Assembly: GCA_964016885.1 (NCBI GenBank)
Contig: OZ024742.1
Location: forward strand, 169,322,001 to 169,386,000
Length of the DNA: 64,000 nt
Direction: 5' to 3'
Source of the DNA: Eledone cirrhosa
Lineage: Eukaryota
The position numbers and the translations under genes were made by a program. Of this stretch, positions 1 to 12,349 are shown piece by piece (positions within the stretch are counted from its first letter, which is position 1; the number at the start of each line of letters is the position of its first letter). The notes under the pieces were generated by a model. The model was not told the DNA's origin, did not search any database, and saw only the letters and a list, made by a program, of their open reading frames with translations.

Positions 1-1156
1 AACGGATTTCTCTCCAGCCATCGCCCATGTCTCACTACCATGCAGCATCGCACACCTCACACAGGCATCATATAACCGGCCTTTTGTACGCAGGGAGAAA
101 CCCTTCTTTGTCAGCAGAAGAAGCAGCTCCCTAAACTTCTTCCAACCTGTCTTTATTCTAGATACTATGGCCTCAGAACACCCCTCCCATGCTAATCTGA
201 TCACCTAGGTACCAGAAGCTATCAATCACTTCTATAGCATCTGCCTGCATTTAAAAGATGCACCTATCAATGCGACTTCTACTGTCAAATTTCCCTGTAC
301 ATCTACTGCATACGTTTTTTTCCCTACCTGTTAGTCTGTTCCCACTGCTATCCCACTACATCTCTTGTGTACCCAAGATCTGCATTGTGTATATTTTATA
401 GAATTTATGCCAGTTCTTTTTCTGCATATCAAACATGGCCATTTCCCTGACGGAATCAGAGTTTTGTCCTCTTTTCTACTCATCAACACTTTTGTCTTAG
501 CTAGGTTCACTTTCAGTCCTCTTAATTCAAATTGCTGTTTCCATAACCAGAATTTATTCTCTAACTGCTCTACTGATTTTGCTATAAGAACCAGATTGTC
601 AGCATAGAGAAGTTCCCATGGGCAGCCAGTCTTAAATTCCTCCGTTATGGCTTGGAGGACTATAATGAACAAGAGCGGGCTGAGGACCGAACCCTGATGT
701 ACTCCTACTTGTATCTGGAATTCCTCACAAAACTCCATTCCTACCCGCACTTTACTGACAGCACCTCTGTACAAAGCTTGCACTGTCCTCACAAGCCATT
801 CCTCAACACCTAGTTTCCTTAGGGACCACCAGATGACAGATCGAGGTACCCTATCAAAGGCCTTCTCTAGGTCAAAAAAAGCTAAGTATAGTGGCTTATT
901 CTTCTCTAAGAACCTCTCTTGTAGTTGTCTCACTAAGAAGAGGGCATCTTTTGTACTTTTCCCAGGAACAAAACCAAACTGCATCTCATCTAGTTTGACC
1001 CTTTCTCTAATTAGTTGCGCTAATATTCTTTCTGCCACTTTCATAACCTGATCCATCAGTTTTATGCCCCTATAATTGCTCTGCTCCAGAGCATCCCCTT
1101 TACTTTTGTAGCAATTTATGAGAATACTGCTGCACCAGTCTTTGGGTATGACACTG
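1..1156 (-). mobile_element. RTE-clade LINE fragment (RT domain, decayed)
   Basis: ORF 331-1056 has RT motifs QFGF, DLEKAFD, GVHQGSVLSPLLF and YADN (YADD mutated), then a decayed Cys/His cluster. Homology continues with frameshifts to position 1. Confidence 0.93.
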
Positions 1157-1523
1157 CCATTGAATGGTGTAATTGTGCAAGGTCAGATTTTATCATCTCA
1201 TCTTAAGTCTTCCTGGGTCTCCCTACTCCATAGCATCCATCAACTTTGAGTGCCCTGCACCTTTTTATACAGCTGTCATTTTTCATATGTGTCACATGTC
1301 CATATCAACGCATTCTCTTCTCCTGCACACCCTGTCTGATCCCTCTTATGCCTAGTTTCTCTCTCAGTTCATTTATCCATTGAAGCATGCAAGTTTTGTT
1401 TCTTTCCAATCTTTGCAGGTCCTCTGCACACAGTGCCGAGGCCTAACATTGCAACATTGCTGTTCATTTTGAGGTAAACCCTTTTGTAGCTAGCAGTGGT
1501 AGTAGCTCCCTGAACTTCTTCCA
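1157..1523 (-). repeat. Inverted local duplicate of the decayed RTE segment at about 1902-2270
   Basis: Near-identical reverse complement sharing the same internal deletions. ORFs 1173-1355 (+) and 2075-2281 (-) translate almost identically. Confidence 0.9.
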
Positions 1524-1534
1524 TATATCTATAT

Positions 1535-1797
1535 ACACACACTGTAAAGTGGTCGTGTAGGTGTCATGACAAAAACACCCTATCCTCACTGTAATGTGGT
1601 CATGTAGGCATCTCAACAAAAAGCACCCTGTACTCACTGTAAATGAGGTTGGAGTTAGGAAGGGCATCCAGCTGTAGAAACCAACCCAAAATCAGTCCTG
1701 TATGAGCAAGACATGGTCATCTGACCTAGCATTGCCCACAACAGCACAACTCATCTAGGCCGTGATAGCCGGGAAGAAGGAACAGTGATGATGATGA
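1535..1797 (+). mobile_element. RTE 3' UTR fragment
   Basis: Two to three ~44-bp cactgtaaagtggtcgtgtaggtgtca units, the aggaagggcatccagctgtagaaa motif and a (GAT)n tail. Confidence 0.85.
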
Positions 1798-1824
1798 TAT
1801 ATATATATATATATACATCCATGT

Positions 1825-2763
1825 AGCAGAAGCTACTTGGGTGACCAAATTAGCAGTTGAGGTAGGTGTTCTGAAAGTACAGAAGCCAGAGTGAGAACAG
1901 GATGGAAGAAGTTCAGGGAGCTACTACCACTGCTAGCTACAAAAGGGCGTTCCCTCAAAATGAACAGCAATGTTCCATGGTAGGTAGGCCTCGGCACTGT
2001 GTGCAGAGGACCTGCAAAGATTGGAAAGAAACAAAACTTGCATGCTTCAATGGATAAATGAACTGAGAGAGAAACTAGGCATAAGAGGGATCAGACAGAG
2101 TGTGCAGGAGAAGAGATTGCGTTGATATAGACATGTGACGCATATGAAAAATGACAGCTGTATAAAAGGGTGCAGAGCACTCAAAGTTGATGGATGCTAT
2201 GGAGTAGGGAGACCCAGGAAGACTTAAGATGAGATGATAAAATCTACCTTGCACAATTACACCATTCAAAGGCGATGACACAAGACCAAGATCTCTGGTG
2301 TTATGCAGTAATACAGAAGATTCACCTTCCCGTGAGCATAGGCTGAAGCATACATCCAGTATGCACCACCTACACCTTTATTCCCCTTCCATACACTTCC
2401 CATGTCCTAACACCCCACCCATGTCCTAACACTCCGCCCCTCACACACGCCCCTATACCCATTATCCCCAATCCCTACACACCTCCCCCACCAAAGTCCC
2501 CAGCCCACACTGTAGAGTGGTCATGTAGGTGTCACGACAACTAACACCCAGTCCACACTATAAAGTGGTCAAATAGGTGTCACAACAAAAAGCACCCAGC
2601 CCACAAAGTAAGGTGGTCAAGTAGGTGTCACAACAAAAACTGAGAAAAAATCAGATCTGTATAAGCAAGACATTCATCTGACCTGGCTTATTTCAGTGGG
2701 ACAACTCGTCTAACCCATGCTAGTATGGAAAAATGGATGTTAAATGGTGATGATGATGATGAT
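1825..2763 (+). mobile_element. 5'-truncated, decayed RTE LINE
   Basis: Remnants of YLGD and RTGWKKFRELLPLL, a C-rich 3' UTR, tandem 44-bp units and a (GAT)n tail; flanked by TA-rich repeats. Confidence 0.9.
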
Positions 2764-2997
2764 ACATATACATGCATATATATATATATATATTCAGGTC
2801 AGTACTACAACGGTGCCATACCTATGCAGACATACATACGTATATGTGTGTATACATATGTATATGGGTATGTGTGTATTCATGTGTGTGTGTGTGTGTG
2901 TGTGTGCGTGTGCGCGTGCGTGTGCGCGTGCGTGCGTGCGTGTGTGTGTACATTTGGTTGGTTGCTGTTACAATTTATGTTTCCAAAATAAAAATAG

Positions 2998-3078
2998 ACA
3001 CCTTAGAATGACATCAGAGGATCCATTAAAGCTAATGGCTGCAGCTAATATACCTCCATCACTAGAGAGTGACAAATA
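2998..3078 (+). CDS. Candidate 81-nt internal exon of an unidentified host gene (HLRMTSEDPLKLMAAANIPPSLESDK)
   Basis: Unique sequence between simple repeats, bounded by aaatag| and |gtaagg. Length is a multiple of 3 and only one frame is open. No homolog recognised. Confidence 0.45.
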
Positions 3079-3826
3079 GTAAGGGGAGAGAGAAAGGGAA
3101 AAGGAAAGTAAAATATAAACAGATAGAAGCATGTAAAGACAGAGAGAGAGAAAGAGGAGCAAAGAAAGATAGAAAGAAAGATTAATGGAGAGGATTAAGA
3201 AGAAAAAAAAAAAGAAAAAAAGAGTAAAAATATAGAAAGATGCAAAAAGGAAAGAAAGACAGAAAGCAGGAGTGGTAGAATGCTGGAAAGAAAAATGTAA
3301 AATTGAAAAATAAGAAATAAATACAGGAAGAACCAGAGAGAGACAGACAGAGTGAGAGAGAAAGGAAATGTTCAAGATTATAGAAAATGAGTCAGTAGAG
3401 TACTAATAGCAACAATGATGTTGATTGTAACAAGATTTTGACAGGGGTGGGTGGTGGGGTTTTTAGTAATTGTGGTGGGGTGGGGTGGATGAATGGGTAT
3501 TTGGTGGTGATGCTGGTATGTGTGGGGGGGGGGGGTCCATTTATAAAAATATTTCTGTTAGAAAAAAATTGGCATATGATAATTCTCATAATCATCATTA
3601 TCATAAACAACATGGTGATTGTGATCATTTTGGTAATGACGATGATGATGATCTGAGGCGGAGGATTATGGAGATAATTCTGAAGAATGTGATTATAAAG
3701 ATGCAAGCCAACATGAAGCAAGTGGCAGTAAGTTCCCCCAGTAAACCCAGTTGGTGATCCCATTTTGGAATTTCGGTCATTGCTAATTATTTCAATTCAT
3801 TTCATGTTAGATCACATCATTTAGAT

Positions 3827-4858
3827 CACAGGTTCTCAACCTATTTAGGCCAAACGCCCCCTTTTGTCTCTCGAAATCACGAAACGCATCCATTTTTAGG
3901 ATCTCAGTTACCGGTTAACGTCTCAATTACCAGACACGCCTGCACACCTGCTCACAGCTGCGGTCAGACTATAGTTATGCTGTCTGCAAGCTCATTCAAA
4001 TGCTCCGCTGGATGTGTAATAGTAATATACGTGAACGGCAAAGCATAAACGAACTAAGGAAAAAATTAGAAATAAGAGGGATCAGATGTTGTTTACTCGA
4101 GAGAAGGCTACGTTGGTATGGTCACATGATGCGCATGAAAGACGATAGCTGTATAACAAAGTGCAGGGCAATAAAGATAGACGGTAGCCACGGAATAGGC
4201 AGACCCAGAAAAACCTGGGACGAGCTGATAAATTCCGACCTCACACACTTACACCTCTCCAAGACAATGTCACTGGACCGAGACCTTTGGCGGTACTCAG
4301 TAATAGAGAAGACCCGCCTTACCTAAATACAAAGTAAAACCTACTACAGTCAGTAGGCATCTCTAACAAAATACACCCCCGTCCCACCACCCCCACCCCA
4401 TCCACACTGCCCCTTTCAATGTAAAGTTATGTTGGTGCCACAACATCCAGCACGAAACAAATGAGATCGTGTAGGTGTCACGACAAAAAAACACACAGTT
4501 CACGCTGTAATGTGGTTGTGTAGGCAACACGGTAAAAACCTCCCAGACCCACACTGTAAATGTGGTTGGTGTTAGGAAGGGCATCCAGCTGTAGAAAACC
4601 CGCCAGACAGTCCTATGCGAGCAAGACAACCACTCTTGCCTCAAGTGGGAAAACCCCCGTCCAAACCCATGCAAGCGTGGAACACGGACGTTAAACGTTG
4701 ATGATGATGATTCACACTGGCTGTCTCAAAGACAAACAACCCCCCTAACCCCCCTCCCCCAGCTCCAAACGCCCCCCTAACGCGACCTTGCTCCCAAAAT
4801 CCCCTGGAGTTCCGAAACGCCTCCCGGGGGTGCATATGCCCCCCGTTGAGAACCTTTC
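3827..4858. mobile_element. hAT (Charlie-like) MITE interrupted by an RTE insertion
   Basis: TIRs cacaggttctcaac and gttgagaacctttc; 8-bp TSD ATTTAGAT at 3819-3826 and 4859-4866. Confidence 0.85.
4000..4711 (+). mobile_element. Young 5'-truncated RTE LINE nested in the hAT MITE
   Basis: ORF 4000-4326 (RRLRWYGH, GRPRKTW) is nearly identical to the copies at 26.5-27.2 kb and 51 kb; 3' UTR and (GAT)n tail present. Confidence 0.95.
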
Positions 4859-4870
4859 ATTTAGATAGTT

Positions 4871-5365
4871 AAACAACAACAACAACTACAACAACAACAG
4901 CAACTACAACTACAGCAACAACAATAACCATAATTGCTATAACCCTATCGACAACAACACCTTTGATTACATCAACAACACCATTAACTACAACAACAAT
5001 ATCACCCACAACACCACCAACAACAACAACATCAACATTATCAACAACACTATCAACAACAATATCACCCACAACACCACCAACAACAACAACATCAACA
5101 TTATCAACAACACTATCAACAACAATATCAACCACAACACCACCAACAACAACATTATCAACAACACTATCAACAACAATATCAATCACAACACCACCAA
5201 CAACAACAACACCAACATTATCAATCACAACATTATCAACCACAACAAAAACAACCACAACAACACCACCACCAACAACATTATCAATCACAATAACAAC
5301 ACTATCAACAACAATATCACCCACAACACTACCAACAACATCAATAACACTTTCAATCACAACAC
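4871..5365. repeat. Compound (AAC/ACC/ATC) low-complexity minisatellite
   Basis: Reiterated acattatcaacaacactatcaacaacaatatca blocks. Confidence 0.9.
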
Positions 5366-5466
5366 TGAGTGTGTGTGTGTGTGGGGGGGGGGGGGGTTTC
5401 ATGTTATGTCACCAGCACTACCATCTTATAAAGTACATGTGTAGCTACTTCTTTCAATGTTATCAG

Positions 5467-5537
5467 TACGACCCCCTCCCCTCTTCCCTACAGGATGGAT
5501 TTGCTTTTGCTATCGCAGTGCCAGATCACCATACAGA
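5467..5537 (+). CDS. Candidate exon with two possible acceptors (5467 or 5494) and a donor at 5538
   Basis: Acceptors tatcag| and ccctcttccctacag|; weak donor |gtaaac. Splicing 3078 to 5467 keeps the frame (DKYTTPSPLPYRMDLLLLSQCQITIQ). Uncertain. Confidence 0.25.
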
Positions 5538-5812
5538 GTAAACAAAGTGTTTTCTTTTTTTTTTTCGTTTTGTTGTTTTTTTAATAGCATTATTTGGGGA
5601 AGATTTGGAGTGACTTTCCATGCTTGTATGTAGGGGTTGAGCATGACTGGAGAAGTATTATAGGAGTGTGTATTGAGAAGAGGGAAGGGAGTATGCAAGT
5701 TGGACACGAATGAGGTGAGTGAGGTATTTAGTTGGTGAGGGCGAGGGCATTAAGACTAGGGAAAGTAGGAGAGGGAGGGAAATGCTAGTTGCAGGCTAGT
5801 GTCCTCTACTAT

Positions 5813-5995
5813 CAGGCATGTCAAACAAGCACACCTGCGGCCCACAAGGTTTTTACAGCACAAGCATGTTTTATCTTCGTAATATAAAATAAAAAAATGT
5901 GTTGTAATGTGTGCTATTAGTTGTCATGTGTGGCCCTCAGACAACACATATGTGACCCATGTGGCCCTCGGGGGACCCTCAGTTTTACATGCCTG
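5813..5995. mobile_element. hAT (Charlie-like) MITE
   Basis: TIRs caggcatgtcaaac and gttttacatgcctg; internal gcggccc/gtggccc subterminal motifs; imperfect TSD ctctactat/ctctacat. Confidence 0.8.
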
Positions 5996-6019
5996 CTCTA
6001 CATATTGTTTCATCCTGTG

Positions 6020-6700
6020 CATATGATGCCAGAGATCTCAATCCTGTGTCCTCTCCTTTGTGAGGTTTAATTGGACAAGGTCATCTTTTATCACATCCCA
6101 ATCTTTCCTAAGTCTTCTTCTTCCATAGCTTCCATCAACTTTGATTACCTTGCACCTTTTGATACAGCTATCATCCTTCATACACATCACATATCCATAC
6201 CATCACAATCTCCTCTCCTGCACACTGTATCTGATCATCGTATGCCCAGTTCCTCTCTCAATTCATTTATACTTTGCTGTTCATGTATATTATTACTATT
6301 ACACAGCCATCAAAGCATGTAAGCTTCATTCCTTTCTAATCTTCGTCGATCTTCTGCACACAGCGCCCATGTCTCACTACATGCAGCATTGCTGTTCATA
6401 TACACACATCATACAATCTGCCCTTCATTTTGAGGGGAAAACATTTGTAGTTAGCAACAGTAGATCCCTAAAATTTCTTCATCCCATTCTCACTCTAGTT
6501 ACTGTACTTTCAGCACACCCTCCTCCACTGCTAATTTGGTCAACCAGGTAAAATAAACTATTAACTACTTCTACTGAGCCCTCTGAGCATTTAAAGGAGC
6601 TAGTATCCTGTGAGCTTTTGCTACTTACTGCTCCTCCTGTGCATCAACCACATATAAAACCTACATTCTTTGCTACCCAGCCTGAGATCCCACTACAGAG
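6020..6700 (-). mobile_element. Old RTE LINE fragment
   Basis: Reverse complement matches the YLGD to RWYGH region of the RTE family, heavily mutated. Confidence 0.8.
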
Positions 6701-7066
6701 AACATTCTCCCACATTATCCAGACATGTATCACCGGGGTAGTGATGGTAAAGGTTGATGATATTTATACTTATACACACATTTGACTACACAAGAAGACG
6801 TAAGATCAAACTTTTTTTTTATTTATTATTAAATCCTTTCATGTCATTTGCAAAACAAAACACATTTAAAAATTTGATAGCAAAATACAAATTAAATTTG
6901 TTAAGATAAATATAGCACTCTCACACCAAAGACCAGTTCACACACCATGATATGGTATTCCTAATGTTTTTAATTTATCTCCCTAGCTTTTGTTCCTCTT
7001 TTTTTTTTCTCTGTAATCATTGTTCCAACAATGTCTACCACTCCTTCATTCAGGTGTAGTCATTAT

Positions 7067-7328
7067 TAACCCTTCGGTTACCATATTTCTCATGAAATAC
7101 ACTGCTTGTTTCATTTAATGTTGAAAATAATCAAGAAATTGGAGGAATTTAATAAAATAACTAACTTTCTTTGTTATTTAGCTAATGGTCCAAGCATTAT
7201 TTAACATAACACTTTTTACATAAAATTATGATGAAAGGTTTAAATATAAGTATGAATATTTTAAAAGGAGCAATTTTGTATCAGAAAACCTGGGGCAGTT
7301 TCAAGCAGTCATGTATTGAATAGATTAA
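7067..7328. mobile_element. piggyBac-like MITE, family 1
   Basis: Starts ttaacccttcggttaccatatttctcatgaaatac and ends ttaa. Related copies at about 18532-18901, 21845-22030, 24816-25040, 33642-34147, 39203-39476, 43920-44064 and 49170-49359. Confidence 0.65.
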
Positions 7329-7989
7329 TTAAAATTATCATTGCTGGGTTTGTTAAGTATGTCAACACTTAGTTTATAGTTTTAAACAAGTTCCTGTTTG
7401 TGTTTATGTTGATCAGCCAAAAACTTTCAAATCCTAAAATAAGAAAAAGTACAATGAGGACAACTCTACAAATTTTCTATAGCCCTGGGAAATTTATTTT
7501 TATACCAAACAAAATATAAAAGCACTAATAAGGAAAAACGTGTTTTTATTAAGACAAGTTTTCAAATATATATATCATCATCATCATTATTTTATGTCTA
7601 TTTTCCATACTTACATGAGGTTTGAGGAGTTGTCACAACCTAAAGTGAGTCATATCAGATGACTGCATCTTACTCGTATATTACATTTTTGTTGTGATTT
7701 CTACAGCTGGATGCCCTTCCTAATGTACTCACAACACATACATATGTAAATGTGTATGTACATAGGGAAGTGTGTTGATTATTATGCTAAGTTTAACACA
7801 CTTGCCTAGCATCTGAGAAATATGAGGTTTAATTCCTTGCAGGCACTGCAGTCCCCCTTTTTTCCATCTCTAGTAATACTTCACCCAATTTTTTCAACTA
7901 TTATTTATAGAGTGATTGACTATTATTATAGTTATTTACATTGGTACAACTACATTTCAAATATATATACATTCATTATCATCATCATA

Positions 7990-8603
7990 TATACGCTCAA
8001 AGTTGGTGGAAGCCGTGGAGTGGGGAAACCCAGGAAGACTTGGGATGAGGTGATAAAAGCTGATCTTGCCCAATTGCACCTTTCAAAGGACCAAGATCTC
8101 TGGTGTTATGCAGTGATACAGAAGACCCGTCTTTCCACAGGCATATGCCGAAGATGAAGCATACATATAAATATGCACCACCTCACTACATCCATTCCCA
8201 TGAGGACAAGCTGAAGTATACATCCAGTGAAGCCTCCAGCCCACACAGTAAAGTGGTCGTGATGGTGACACAACAATAAGTGCCCAGCCCACACTGTAAA
8301 GTGGTTATGTCGGTAAAAACACCCCAGCCCACACAGTAAAGTGGTTGTGTAGGCATCATGGCAAAAAGTACCCAGTCCACACTGTAAAGTGGTCATGTAG
8401 GCATCACAACAAAAAGCACCCAGTACTCACTGTAAATGAGGTTAGCACTAGGAAGAGTATCTAGCTGTAGAAACCAAGCGAAAATCAGTTCAATATGAGC
8501 AAGACATGATCACCTGACCTGTCCTATCTCACAACGGGACAACTTGTCTAGCCAATGCTAGCATGGAAAAATGAACATTAAATGGTGATGATGATGATGA
8601 TGA
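7990..8603 (+). mobile_element. RTE LINE 3' end with five hairpin units
   Basis: GKPRKTWDEVIKADL C-terminus, five tandem ~44-bp units at about 8237-8440 and a (GAT)n tail. Confidence 0.9.
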
Positions 8604-9784
8604 TATATATATACCCTATCAAATCCCACCATCCTTGTCATACACCCATGCCATACTTTGTCCCCACCTTTCCTCCACTCACTAAACCCTCCACTCACTA
8701 AACCCTCCACTCTATCCAGGATCATTTCCACTCCTTTTAAATCCCAACACACAAGACATAGCTCTTCAGAAACTGTTCTCATCCTTATCATTGTGTCCCC
8801 GACTCTAATTCTATCAGTGATCACTTTGATCATAATTGTCACCCTCTCCTTTTTCCATGAGAACATGCCTATCAATCTTCTTGCTTCATTCCTCCCCACC
8901 ATAAAGCAAAGAGCTCTTCAGTTGTGTCAATGTTATGACAGCCACTTTATAGCTGGTACTACAATAAAATACACTCAGCACACTCTGAAAAGGAAGTGCA
9001 TTGGTCATAGAAAACTGGCTAAATAAAGGTTTGAGAAGACTCTTCAGTTGTGTCAACGACATCACAACCTCCGTAGTGCAGATGTCTCGATAAAATGCAA
9101 CCAGTACACTCTGTATAGTGTGGGATCATATGTAAGTGGCTCCCTAACAGTTAGGTATGTGTGTGTAGCATCCTTGGGGCCACCCTTTAACTATTGCTAG
9201 GCTTTATAAGGTAAAGAGAGACAACAAACCACAAATAGAGAATGGGGATGACGTTGAGGTGGCGACTGAGAGAGAAGGCTGAGTATGAATAAGAAAGCAT
9301 TGCAAATAGGGGGAAAGTAATCTCAAGATACAAGGATATTCATTTCAAAGAAATGCTAATATTAGTATTAGTAATAGTAAACAACAATTAACAATAGTGT
9401 ACCCAGATCACTCCTGTTAGTATCACTCCTGTTTAGTATCCTGTTTGGGATTTTGTAAAGACAAATACTTATTAGTATGTGTGCATATGTTATCTCCTCA
9501 TATATACAATCATTGCTTTGCATTGCATATGTTAGTGGAATAAACAAAGAAATTTTGTTTTCACTCCGTTAGAAGAGGTGGTGGATGAATTATTGCACCG
9601 ATTTCGACAATGTTCAAAAGAACAGTTTCAGAAAGAGTTAAATGCTTTGCATAAACACTGTAAAGATGTTATTGCATTCAATGGAGATTATGTTTTGCAG
9701 AATAAATAAATTTTAGTTTCAATATATTTTCATTTTCATTATTCTAAGGACTTTATTGCCACAACAAGAGCTTAATAGCTAGAA

Positions 9785-10332
9785 TAAGTATAGGATGGAA
9801 GAAGTTTAGAGAGCTGCTCCAACTGTTAACAAAAGGTTTCTCCATTCAAAAGGATGACTTTATGACGCCTGTGTATGAAGTGTAATGTTGCATAGTAGTG
9901 AAACATGGGCTGTGACTACAGAGGACATGCATAGACTGGAGAGAAATGAAGTAACCATGATTCATTAATGTGCAATGTAAATGTGAGAGAAAGGCAGAGC
10001 TTGAGTGAACCAAGGGTGAAACTGGGTTTAAGAGGAATCCGAAGTGGTGTGCAAGAGAGAAGACTGCGTAGGTACAGACATGCAATGCATATGAAAGATG
10101 ATCACTGGATGAAGAAGTGTTAGGAAACCCTAGTGGAAAGGAACCACAGTAGAGGTAGACCAAGAAAGACCTGAGCAAAGGTGGTGAGAGCTGGTCTCAA
10201 ATTGCTGAGACTCACAGAGGAGATGACGAAGAAATGTGGTGATTGGAGAGATACTGTTCTGAAAAGAACACGTCCAACCCATGTAAGCATATAAAAAACT
10301 GACATAAAACAATGTTGATGATGTGATGATGA
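9785..10332 (+). mobile_element. Old RTE LINE 3' fragment
   Basis: Decayed IGWKKFRELLQLL, LERNE and RGRPRKT motifs; gat tail. Confidence 0.8.
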
Positions 10333-12349
10333 TAAAATATATATGTTTTTGTTTGCATTGTTTAGTTTGTTAACACATGTATGATATAGTTTTTAAATGG
10401 TTAGTTTATGTTGATTAATTGTGTTAAACATAGTATTGGGAACTGAGTAATTGTATATAAATATATTTATATAGAAATGTGCTTGAGTGCAGCCAGGTCA
10501 CTCCCGGTAAAATATAATCCAGTAAAACCTGTTGTATAGCCTGGTCGTCGTTGGTAACTAAACTGACACATCCACCAGTTTAACCAGATGTGTAGGATTG
10601 TTAGAAACCCAGCAGTACAAAACCAAATACCAGTAAAAAGGACAAATGAGGCCAGTTTAGGTTGAATAATCATCTAGTTATAGCATAAGGACTTTAAAAT
10701 TTTAGGCCGGTATTCAATGTCTTATAAGATCAATGGTAGTGAGGTAGAGCTTAGCTTTCCTTAAAACGTGTTTCTAGGAGACAATTAATCAAATATAGAA
10801 TACAATAACATTGCTGAGATAAATATCTTGTTTCAGCTTGTCTATGGTTTTTTTTTTGGGGGGGGGGGGGGGGCAATGTTGCAGCAGCTGCTGACAACTT
10901 GAATGGATAGCCAACACATGAAGGTGATAAGGATAATATATTCTATTATTCTTTTACTGGTTTCAGTCATTAAATTATGGCTATGTTGAGGCATTGCCTT
11001 CATTTAGTCAATTATATCAACTGGAGTGATAATTTTTTCAAGGCTGGTACTTCTTTTATTAAACTCTTTTTTTTGTCAAACTGGTAAGTTACAAGACATA
11101 AACACAGACACAAACATAAACATAGACATGAACACACATACACATGTACAATAGACTTCTGCAGATTCAATCTACCAAATTCCTCTGGCAAGACATTGGT
11201 CATCTAAAGATTCAAAGTGATACACAGCAAGACTGAACACAAAACCACTCCACTTTTTCCAGAGAAAGTGAAACAAAAAGAAAGACAATGGGAAAGAAAA
11301 GAATTGAACCTAGTATTGGACTGGTACTTTAGTTTTGGACCTTGAAAGGATGAAAGACAAAGTTAACCATAGCAGGATTTAAACTCAGAGCACAGAAAGC
11401 CAGAATGAATACCTCAAAGCATTCTATCAAATATCCTAGTGTGTGAGGAATCCCCCTCCTCGGCCCTACCATCACTCCCTCTATGCTGTTAACCATCACT
11501 CCTTCTCCTCAATACCACACCTCACTGATATCCACCACACTCTCTCATCACCTACTATTCACTCTCCCACCAGCAAACATTTACCTACCACTATTCCCAC
11601 CAATACTGGTATAGGTTTCTTCATACTCACACACCCTTTCCCTATTATTCCCACCCACACAGTTTCCCTCTCCACACCTCGCCTATTCACCTTTGCTACC
11701 TCTCATGCTCTCCTTTTCACCCCTTGGCCATGTCCCTTAAATGAGCAGAGGTAACGTCAAGTGGTGGGTACCTCCCACCTCAGCCGCACAAGATCCAAGG
11801 CAAACTCCCAAGTGCTGATGCCACATTAAAATATACCTAGCCCATGCAGTAAAGTGGTAGTGTTGGTGCAACAAAATGCATACAGTGCACTCTGTAAAGT
11901 GATAGTGCCAGTGTCGTGATAAAATGCACCCACTACATGGTGTTCGGAAGGAAAGCCAGCCATAGAAACCATGACTAACTAGAATATATAAGCAGAACAT
12001 GGTCATCTAACCTATCTGGACTCAAATCATGACAACCTGTCCAACACATATAAGCATCAAAGCTAGATTTATACTGGTGATATGTTTATGTGTGTATAGT
12101 GTATATATACTATTTATGCACCGCTTCCTTCACAGATTGTGTTTTGGTCTTATGAAACCTCCTTAGTAGATCATATATCTCACTGTAGTTGCTGAAGCTG
12201 TGATAAGAGAATCCACATAGCAGATGTTGTACATGAGTAGGCATGAACATTTTCAACATATTCATAAAAAAATATTACTGAGAATAATTACTCAGAGACG
12301 CCATCCATATGAAAAAACAATAGTTACGTTAGTTTTAACATAATTAATT

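Noticed and set aside
4869-5541. Thr-rich mucin-like ORF, and similar poly-T/V/H/C/N ORFs at 15, 19, 21, 43, 46, 53-54 and 61 kb
   Set aside because: Products of trinucleotide and dinucleotide simple repeats, open in several frames and on both strands, with no splice or domain support.
8237-8440. Regularly spaced ~44-bp repeats resembling a CRISPR array
   Set aside because: Units are tandem with no unique spacers, lie in a LINE 3' UTR and have no cas genes; the context is eukaryotic.
9119-9500. Possible solo LTR (TG...CA with weak terminal inverted similarity)
   Set aside because: No convincing TSD and no second copy in the window.
9600-9720. Possible mariner transposase C-terminal relic (..GDYV)
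   Set aside because: Too short and degenerate; no TIR pair found.
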